This document shows, in pieces, positions 45,866 to 53,300 of a DNA stretch of 64,000 nt (its first letter is position 1; each line of letters opens with the position of its first letter). The notes beneath the pieces are model-generated. The model saw only the letters and a program-made list of their open reading frames with translations. It had not been told where the DNA came from and made no database searches. Both the position numbers and the translations under genes were made by a program. The DNA lies in the NCBI GenBank assembly GCA_045600145.1, contig JAZRXI010000023.1, positions 16,192-80,191 on the forward strand, in the 5' to 3' direction. The stretch comes from Clostridia bacterium (GTDB lineage: Bacteria > Bacillota > Clostridia > Christensenellales > QALW01).

Positions 45866-46303
45866 TCACCCCTTTATCCAATAGTTTCCGATACATCCGC
45901 TTGTACTGTCCCATATATCATATACCTTAAATTCGAAATCTTTTACAATGCAAACAGTGTGATGACCGCCTATGTTACATACGATGCGCTTATTACGATT
46001 ATCGTTTTCGTTTAACCATTTGCACCACTCTTTTCCTGTGTATTTTGTTCCGTCTTTTTTTCTTGGTTGAGGTTGTTTCTTCCACCCTTTTGCTTCGAGA
46101 TATTTTGCTATCCCTTTTGTGTCTGCGTTGTCAAAACCTGTTATACACTGCATTTCTGCCTGTTCCATAACGCATTGATTGTAAGGTATTTCAAGAGCAG
46201 TACATAATGCTCTTGTTACACAATCCCCTGTGATTCGATTATGGGGATTTGCATTGTAATAATGAAATGTGCTTGTGTCAGAGAATTTCTCTTGTCTTGT
46301 CAT
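45866..46303 (-). CDS. putative papain-fold (Cys-His-Asp) protein
   Basis: NRITGDCVTRAL (Cys), GGHHTVCI (His), DIWD (Asp) in canonical order. Family assignment is tentative. Confidence 0.45.
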   Translation of the reverse strand: MTRQEKFSDTSTFHYYNANPHNRITGDCVTRALCTALEIPYNQCVMEQAEMQCITGFDNADTKGIAKYLEAKGWKKQPQPRKKDGTKYTGKEWCKWLNENDNRNKRIVCNIGGHHTVCIVKDFEFKVYDIWDSTSGCIGNYWIKG

Positions 46304-46334
46304 TTTTATTACTTCCTTTCATAATGTGCGATTG

Positions 46335-46571
46335 TTAGGTATAATCTTCGATGTCGCACTGTGCCGACTCAAGATTGCTTATACAATATTCGATGTTTGA
46401 TATCATTTCATCAATTGTATCATATCTTTCTTGCTCTTTGTCCGTCATATCGCGGTCGTTGTCTAACGCTTTCTCTTCGATTGAATCCCGCTTTTCTTCA
46501 AGTTTTTCAATTTTTGTGTTGAGTTCGTCTATGATATTTTGGATTGAATTGTATTCCTTTGTAAGTTTCAT
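46335..46571 (-). CDS. hypothetical acidic coiled-coil protein
   Basis: 78-aa ORF. Confidence 0.45.
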   Translation of the reverse strand: MKLTKEYNSIQNIIDELNTKIEKLEEKRDSIEEKALDNDRDMTDKEQERYDTIDEMISNIEYCISNLESAQCDIEDYT

Positions 46572-46595
46572 TTCTTATATTCCTTTCAATCATCA

Positions 46596-46859
46596 TTAAA
46601 GATTCGCCATTATTTGTTTTGTCTCGTTATATGAGGGGAAAACGATTTTTACAAGATATCCTTTTTTATCTCCTACGATATATTTGCCTTTGATGTGTTG
46701 AAATCTTCCACCGTTCTTTTCAACCCATTTCTTGATTTTTTCTTCAACCGTGTCCATGTAAATGTTTTTGTTGTTTTTTGCTATACCACAGAAATATGTG
46801 TCTGCGTATTCGGTCATCGGTTTAAGATGACTTAAAAGGTTTTTATCAGTTAGTGTCAT
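46596..46859 (-). CDS. hypothetical protein
   Basis: ATG at 46859 preceded by GAAAGGAAG. 87 aa. Confidence 0.45.
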   Translation of the reverse strand: MTLTDKNLLSHLKPMTEYADTYFCGIAKNNKNIYMDTVEEKIKKWVEKNGGRFQHIKGKYIVGDKKGYLVKIVFPSYNETKQIMANL

Positions 46860-46873
46860 TTCGTGTCTTCCTT

Positions 46874-47050
46874 TCACGCTTCAATTATTTCGGCTCTTTC
46901 AAGGCGTATGCCTTCGGCTTTTAACTGTTCTCTGTAAATCTTTTTTGCTTCGGTTTTGTTCTTTGCGGTAACATACTCAACATAGCAATCGTGGTAGCGC
47001 GTACCGCCCGATACATAACTGATAAATGCGTGAATTTCAAACTCTTTCAT
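46874..47050 (-). CDS. hypothetical small protein (58 aa), absent from the ORF track
   Basis: Strong AAGGAGG RBS 8 nt upstream of ATG 47050. Sequence MKEFEIHAFISYVSGG... Confidence 0.5.
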   Translation of the reverse strand: MKEFEIHAFISYVSGGTRYHDCYVEYVTAKNKTEAKKIYREQLKAEGIRLERAEIIEA

Positions 47051-47065
47051 TTTTCGTCTGCCTCC

Positions 47066-47094
47066 TTGACTTTTTTGCCTTACCGTGTTATAAT
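47066..47094 (+). promoter_or_regulatory. near-consensus sigma-70-type promoter TTGACT-17-TATAAT
   Basis: -35 at 47066-47071 and -10 at 47089-47094, with exactly 17 nt spacing. Confidence 0.6.
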
Positions 47095-47100
47095 CAAGGC

Positions 47101-47177
47101 GGTCGGGGTAAGGCTCCCGACTCGCCTTTGAGCGTTGAGTGAGTGGTTACTGTGGTAGGTGGCACTCACTCTTTTTT
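47101..47177 (+). ncRNA. candidate ~77-nt small RNA, antisense to an intergenic part of the minus-strand operon
   Basis: Starts ~7 nt after the -10. Hairpin 1 is GTCGGG/CCCGAC. Hairpin 2 is GAGTGAGTG/CACTCACTC (47137-47171), followed by T6. Confidence 0.45.
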
Positions 47178-47295
47178 ACTTTTCATCGTTCATTATGCGT
47201 TTTACGCTTTCCCGAAGTTCTTCGAGCGTTTCGCACTTTTCGATGAGTTCCAAGATTGCTTTGAGCAATGCCTGCGTTACATTCAAATCGTTCAT
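47176..47295 (-). CDS. hypothetical 39-aa protein, first ORF of the minus-strand operon
   Basis: GTGAGGAA RBS. Sequence MNDLNVTQALLKAILELIEK... Confidence 0.3.
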   Translation of the reverse strand: MNDLNVTQALLKAILELIEKCETLEELRESVKRIMNDEK

Positions 47296-47343
47296 TTCCT
47301 CACTTCCTTTCGTAAGAGGTTTTGTCCTCTGCCTTACAAGTAT

Positions 47344-47372
47344 ATAATACACTATTTAGTGTATTTTGTCAA
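47344..47372 (-). promoter_or_regulatory. leftward promoter TTGACA-17-TATTAT overlapping the 16-bp palindrome TACACTAttTAGTGTA (47348-47363)
   Basis: -35 complement at 47367-47372 and -10 complement at 47344-47349. The palindrome sits in the spacer. Confidence 0.55.
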
Positions 47373-47421
47373 GTGTTTTTTGATAAAAAATCAAAAAAAT
47401 TTTTATATTTTCTAAAAATCG

Positions 47422-47450
47422 TTGACAAAATACATTTTTTAGTGTAAAAT
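47422..47450 (+). promoter_or_regulatory. rightward promoter TTGACA-17-TAAAAT with a related half-operator TAGTGTA
   Basis: Both promoters share the 13-nt string TTGACAAAATACA and the TAGTGTA element at the same spacing. Confidence 0.55.
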
Positions 47451-47478
47451 ACAAGCAACGATAAAACGAAAGGTCGGA

Positions 47479-47700
47479 ATGAATATGTCAATGGCTGAAA
47501 AAATCCGAATTCTCCGCGTAAAAAAGGGCAATCTGTCAGAGAGAGAATTGGCGGTGCGTATGGGCGACACTCCGCAAAATCTCAACAACAAGATGAAGCG
47601 CGATGATTTTAAGATAAGCGAACTGACGAAAGTAGCGGATGCGCTCGGCGTGGAACTTGTTGTTAAGTTCGTTGATAGAGAAACAGGCGAAGAATTGTAA
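47479..47700 (+). CDS. XRE-family HTH protein (Cro-like)
   Basis: EKIRILRVKKGNLSERELAVRMGDTPQNLNNKMKR. Confidence 0.7.
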   Translation: MNMSMAEKIRILRVKKGNLSERELAVRMGDTPQNLNNKMKRDDFKISELTKVADALGVELVVKFVDRETGEEL

Positions 47701-47707
47701 AATAAAA

Positions 47708-47731
47708 GACCGAAGCCGCGAAGCTCCGGTC
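47708..47731. terminator. hairpin between convergent HTH genes
   Basis: GACCGAAGC-cgcgaa-GCTCCGGTC. Confidence 0.45.
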
Positions 47732-47749
47732 CTTTATGTAAGGAACTGA

Positions 47750-48013
47750 CTAATCATCATCTTTGTGCGGTGCGTGGCCTGCTCGCGTTTTTGTTGTAGT
47801 GTACGGGGAAGGTACTCTTACAATAATTTCCGACAGTTCGCAGCCTAACGCCTCACAGATTAGGTCAAGATGTTCAAGGTTTACTCTCTCGGCTATTTCG
47901 TGATACAATTCATTTATTGTGGATGGTCGTATCCCGGTAGCACGAGCGAGGTCTGCTTGAGTCCACCGAAGTTCGCCCAACTTCGTGGATAATCGAATTC
48001 TAATCATAGCCAT
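47750..48013 (-). CDS. XRE-family HTH regulator
   Basis: LGELRWTQADLARATGIRPSTINELYH; AAAGGAG RBS. Confidence 0.7.
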   Translation of the reverse strand: MAMIRIRLSTKLGELRWTQADLARATGIRPSTINELYHEIAERVNLEHLDLICEALGCELSEIIVRVPSPYTTTKTRAGHAPHKDDD

Positions 48014-48072
48014 GCTCGCTCCTTTCGTTAAATTCTAACAGGTTTTGGTGATACTTGCTTGAATTTGTTAGA

Positions 48073-48093
48073 TTATAACGAAATGCGTTATAA
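48073..48093. promoter_or_regulatory. 21-bp palindrome TTATAACG-n5-CGTTATAA overlapping a minus-strand TATAAT
   Basis: Lies 60-80 nt upstream of the 47750-48013 gene start. Candidate autoregulatory operator. Confidence 0.4.
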
Positions 48094-48114
48094 GTTCGTA
48101 AGCATAGCAAAAGC

Positions 48115-48149
48115 AAAAAGCATTTAGGTATAAAACCTAAATGCTTTTT
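48115..48149. terminator. bidirectional terminator hairpin (15-bp stem)
   Basis: AAAAAGCATTTAGGT-ataaa-ACCTAAATGCTTTTT, downstream of the tRNA on the minus strand. Confidence 0.7.
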
Positions 48150-48229
48150 CTACTTGCGCAAACCCTTGCAACGAGATATCCGGCAAAGAAAAACACCTGC
48201 CAATTATCTGTGTTCAAATTTGCGCCACT

Positions 48230-48321
48230 TGGCGGAGAGAAAGGGATTCGAACCCTTGAATGGGTATTAGCCATTACACGATTTCCAGTCGTGCGCCTTA
48301 GACCAACTCAGCCATCTCTCC
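48230..48321 (-). tRNA. tRNA-Ser (anticodon GGA), CCA encoded
   Basis: Acceptor GGAGAGA/TCTCTCC, anticodon loop CTGGAAA, long variable arm, T-loop GTTCGAATC, 3' GCCA. Confidence 0.85.
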
Positions 48322-48468
48322 AAGCCATGGTATAGTATAAGCGGAAGAAGAAAATTTGTCAAGCGTAATTTCTTAAATTAAATGCGGCGTATAAAAAAAC
48401 ACTTTCAATTTTCGGTGATCTCTGCTATAATATGTACAGTGGAATATTATCACCTAAGGAGCTTTGAC

Positions 48469-49335
48469 ATGTCCAAGGCAGACAATATAAAAATATATGA
48501 AAATGATACAATAAATTGGTATCCGGGACATATGGCGGCGGCAAAACGCATGATGCAGGAGAATATGAAGCTGATCGATATAATAATCGAGCTTCGCGAC
48601 GCACGTATACCTTTTTCAAGCGCTAATCCCGATATAGAAGAATTTACCAAGCCGCGTATCATAGTTCTCAGCAAATCGGATCTTGCGGATGCGAAAAAGA
48701 CAAATATGTGGCTTGACTATTTCAAAAGCAAAGAGATCCCGGCTATCGCGGTATGCTCGAAATCCAAGCAAAATGAAATATTCGGTAAAATTGACGCTAT
48801 TTGTGCTCAAAAAGCGGAATATTTCGCTTCAAGGGGCATTGAACGCAATATACGAGCACTCGTTGCCGGAATACCCAATTCGGGCAAATCGACGCTCATA
48901 AATTCAATATGCGGTCAGGTACGTGCCAAGACCGGCGACAAGCCTGGTGTCACGCGCGGTAAGCAATGGATAAAGACCCCGAAACTCGATTTGCTGGACA
49001 GCCCCGGAATACTGTGGCCGAAGCTCGATGACCAAATGTGCGCGAAGTATCTTTCATTTACGGGAGCAATAAATGATCAGGTACTGAAGCTTGAAGAGCT
49101 TGCACTTGAGCTTATCGCACTCATAAATTCGCTCTATCCGAACGCACTGCCGGAACGCTATAAAATTACCGCGTCCGGGACGGCAATAGATGATTACGAG
49201 GCTATATGCAAAAAAAGAGGCTTTATCTTAAAAGGTAATCAATACGATTATTCACGCTGTGCACGTGTTTTGCTTGATGAATACAGAGGCGGTGTCCTCG
49301 GCAGAATGACGTTGGAGACTCCTAATGGATTATGA
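48469..49335 (+). CDS. rbgA: ribosome biogenesis GTPase A (YlqF/RbgA)
   Basis: INWYPGHMAAAKR, circularly permuted GTPase motifs (LSKSD ... GIPNSGKST ... DSPG). Confidence 0.85.
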   Translation: MSKADNIKIYENDTINWYPGHMAAAKRMMQENMKLIDIIIELRDARIPFSSANPDIEEFTKPRIIVLSKSDLADAKKTNMWLDYFKSKEIPAIAVCSKSKQNEIFGKIDAICAQKAEYFASRGIERNIRALVAGIPNSGKSTLINSICGQVRAKTGDKPGVTRGKQWIKTPKLDLLDSPGILWPKLDDQMCAKYLSFTGAINDQVLKLEELALELIALINSLYPNALPERYKITASGTAIDDYEAICKKRGFILKGNQYDYSRCARVLLDEYRGGVLGRMTLETPNGL

Positions 49336-49942
49336 AATCGAGAACTCGCTGATAAAAGCCGGATACAAACTGATAGGCGGAATAGACGAAGCGGGCAGAG
49401 GTCCGCTTGCGGGACCCGTGGCGGCGGCGTGCGTTATCCTCGATCCGTCGAATATCCCGAAAGGGATAAACGATTCCAAAAAACTTTCGGCAAAAAAGCG
49501 CGGACAACTTTTTGATGAAATATATGCTTCGGCAATAGCCGTTTCGTGCGTGACGGTAGATGAAAAAGTCATAGATGAGATAAACATTTTGAATGCCACT
49601 AAGCTTGCGATGCGCAACGCAGTGGCTGATATCGCGATAAAACCGGATTTTCTCATAATTGACGGTAATTTTACGATAGGACTTTCGGAAAGCGAAAGGT
49701 GCGTGATAGGAGGCGATGCGCTGTCGCTGAGTATTGCTGCCGCTTCGATAATAGCTAAGGTCACGCGTGACCGCATCGCAATGAAAATGGATGAGGAATT
49801 TCCGATGTACGGATTTAAGGATCACAAGGGCTACGGAACAAAGGCACATACGGAAGCGTTAAGAAAATACGGTCCCTGTAAATATCATAGGACGAGCTTT
49901 TTGAAAAAAATCTTATCGGACGGTAACAAATATGAACAATAA
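49325..49942 (+). CDS. rnhB: ribonuclease HII
   Basis: GIDEAGRGPLAGPV, DSKKLS, KGYGT. Confidence 0.9.
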   Translation: MDYEIENSLIKAGYKLIGGIDEAGRGPLAGPVAAACVILDPSNIPKGINDSKKLSAKKRGQLFDEIYASAIAVSCVTVDEKVIDEINILNATKLAMRNAVADIAIKPDFLIIDGNFTIGLSESERCVIGGDALSLSIAAASIIAKVTRDRIAMKMDEEFPMYGFKDHKGYGTKAHTEALRKYGPCKYHRTSFLKKILSDGNKYEQ

Positions 49943-50285
49943 AGAGACGGGCAATTACGGTGAAAGCATTGCCGCCGACTATTTGAAGAAAAACGGGTAT
50001 AAAATCATTACGACGAATTTCCGTGTGCATAATACAGCCGAAATAGATATTATTGCATCGGACAAGGATATACTTGCGTTTATTGAGGTAAAGTTCCGCA
50101 ATTCGGTCAAATACGGTTACGGTAGAGAAGCGGTAACGAAGGCAAAGCAGAAGAAAATCAGGTTTGCCGCGGAATATTATTTGATGATGCAAAAAATCAA
50201 GGATAAATTCTGCCGGTTTGACGTGGTTGAGATAACGGCGTTGGGAGAAAGCCTTGATATAGAGCTCATAAAAGATGCCTTTTAG
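49932..50285 (+). CDS. yraN: YraN-family (UPF0102) endonuclease
   Basis: GNYGESIAADYLKKNGYKII...EIDIIA...AFIEVK. Confidence 0.8.
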   Translation: MNNKETGNYGESIAADYLKKNGYKIITTNFRVHNTAEIDIIASDKDILAFIEVKFRNSVKYGYGREAVTKAKQKKIRFAAEYYLMMQKIKDKFCRFDVVEITALGESLDIELIKDAF

Positions 50286-50326
50286 AGATTGCATATGAAC
50301 ATTTTTTTAATACGGAGAGGAATAAA

Positions 50327-53300
50327 ATGAAAAAACGGATAATAAGCGCATTGCTTATCATAATGCTTTTACTGCTTTGTTCATGCGGGCAGGAAAAACA
50401 AGCGGAAAATGTAAATCTGCTTAAAAACGGGAGCTTCGAGACTGTAAACGGTACTTTGCCGGAGCAATGGACGCTTGAACGCTACGATTCAAGCGACCCC
50501 GTTGACAATTACGGTATAGTCAACCGCGCTGATTCGCCGGACGGGGCAAACGCCGTAAGATTGCAAAATGATGCGCCGAATGATACCAGATTCATTCAAG
50601 AGGTCGCGGTAGAACCGAATACGTATTATAAGCTGTCTGCAATGGTGAAAACCGGAAGCGTTTACGGCGAAAACGCCACGGGTGCGAATATTTCCTGTAT
50701 GCAGACTTATTGCGTGAGCGATTTTGTTACAGCCGATGAGGAATGGACGCGCGTTACCGTTTACGGTAAAACAGACCGCAAAACTAAATCAGTGACCGTA
50801 GCCGTACGCCTTGGATATTATAGTGCCGAGTGCAGTGGATGCGCGTATTTTGATGATATTTCACTTGAAAAGATTTCAAAGCTTCCGGAGGACGAGGAAG
50901 CACATTCAATGGCAAAATTTGAGTTTTCGGCACCCAAAACCGAAAAAAAATCGTCCGAAGTCGCAGATATAGAGATCTCCGTTTTGTTCAGAGCGGGGTT
51001 GTATTTCGTGCTGCTCGCGTTATTTGTGTATCTTGCACTTCAGAACAAGGATAAATTTTCGGTAAAAACCGCATATATAATAATCGCTGTTTCGGTGCTT
51101 GTGCGGCTTGTTGCGTCGGTCATGTACACCGGATTTAAGGTGGATATAAACTGCTTCTCCGTTTGGGGCAGACATATGGCAAATGTTGGTCCGTTTAAGT
51201 TCTATTCGGAGGATTATTTCTGCGATTATCCTCCGCTGTATATGCTTGTCATAGGACTTATTTCGGCGATATTCTCGAAAATATCACTTTCGCAGGGAAT
51301 AGGACTCATGATACTTAAGCTTCCCGCTGTGGCTTGCGACGCGCTTGGAGCTTTGATAATACTTAAGGAAGCCAAAAAGCACGCGGATGAACGCATCGCT
51401 TCGATACTTGCGATAGTTTATGCCGTTCTGCCTACCGCGATACTCAATTCCGCGATATGGGGGCAGGTGGATTCGGTACTTGTGCTGTTTATGCTGCTTA
51501 CATTTGCGCTGCTTGACAATGACAAATTCGGTTTAAGCGTCGTAACGTATTTTATCGGTTTGCTGTTCAAGCCTCAGGCGATACTTTTTGCGCCTGTCAT
51601 GGCGCTTGCCGCATTCAGGGAATTTCAGGAGATCTTTACCGATAAGACGACGGCAAAAAGGCGCTTGCTCGGCGGCTTCGGCGGTTTGGCGGTATCGACT
51701 GCCGTATTTGCGTTTTTGTCGATTTTGATGCGCAACGGACAAAGACCGCTGTGGCTTGTTGAAAAATACACGGAAACGCTCGGCTCATACGATTACGCCA
51801 CGCTTAATTCATTCGGATTCATGGGTCTCATAGGCGGGCAATGGGCGGACACGGCAAAAACCACGGTTTTCGGCATAAGCTATTCACTGCTGGGGACATT
51901 GCTTTTGATATTCGTTGTTGCCGCGTCACTGATTCTGTTCATACTTGCGTCAAAAAAAACCGGTGGCAAGGCGGACAGAAAATATTTGTGGCTTGTTGCG
52001 GTATTACTGCTTTCGGGGGTCGTAACTTTTGCAACGCGCACACATGAAAGATATATTTTCCCCGTCATGGCGTTGTTGATCGTCTGTGCATTCCGCTTTG
52101 ATGACATGCGCTATCTGTGGCTTACTGTCGCATACGGTTTTGTTAATTTCGTAAATACGGCGGCAGTATTGTATATTTACGAAGACCTCACTGTCTATAT
52201 GAGCAAAAACGACGCGCTGTTTATATGCGGCTCGCTTGCCGCGACGCTTTTGTTCGTTTTGACGGCAATATTTGCTTTCGATACTGTTCTTGGAAATAAA
52301 AAGATAACACTTGACACAAAGAAAAGCAAAGAGGCGGAGAATATTTCCGGAAAGGCTGACAAGTCCGGGAAGGCTGTCAAGCTTGAACGTCTTTTTGCGC
52401 GCAAAAGATTTAAGCTCCCGAGGGTAACGTGGAAGGATATCGTTGTCTGCACGCTTATTACCGTAATATACGCAGGCGTTGCATTTACGAAGCTCGGTGA
52501 TACGAAAGCTCCTGAGACGCAGTGGCACACGAAACTTTCACCCGTTTATGTCACTGCGGATCTGGGCGAAGATACACAGATAGATGATATTTTATTCAGT
52601 TCCGCGGCTTCGCACGGAAGCTTTACACTGTCGTATTCGTCCGATGGCGAAAAATATTCGGACTACGGCACTTATTCTCCGTCGGCAATAAGCGTTTGGC
52701 AGAGCTGTAACGGAAATCCGTTTTCGGCACGGTATGTAAGGCTTACCGCACGTTCGGCAATTTCACTGAACGAGCTTGCGTTTATGCACGACGGAAAGCG
52801 TATAATACCCGAAAACGTAGATACGTTCGTTACTCCTATGGATTCGACCTGCGGAAAGGGCGATTATCTTTTTGATTATACAGGTGATGTCGCCATGGAT
52901 GAAAAGCTCGACGTTCCCGTTACGGAATGGACTTCAGGCGGAAAATACATTCTTCATTTTCCGTCACCCGTTTCAATTTATGAGATCCGGGGCTATATCA
53001 CGTATTCTGAGCCGGACGCAAGCGTGGATATCATGATCCCGACAGAGGACGGTTGGACGCTTGCTGTACAGCTTATGCCTTACGGCAATATACCGGATTG
53101 GTGCGAAATGAGCTATGCCGTTCCCGCTGATGACCTCAACGACATTACAGAAATAATGCTTGACGGCGGCGACGGTGCCGTGCATGTGGCTGAAATAGCG
53201 GTCTTGACTGAAAACGGTTTATTGGAAAATATGACATTTGAGCCGCTTGACGGAGCGGACGAAACACAGATAAAGAATTGCTTTGACGAGCAGGAATCAT

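Noticed and set aside
47143-47415. 90-aa plus-strand ORF across the switch region.
   Set aside because: It has a Phe/Tyr-rich AT-driven composition, runs through two promoters and the sRNA terminator, and is antisense to the 39-aa ORF. It has no RBS.
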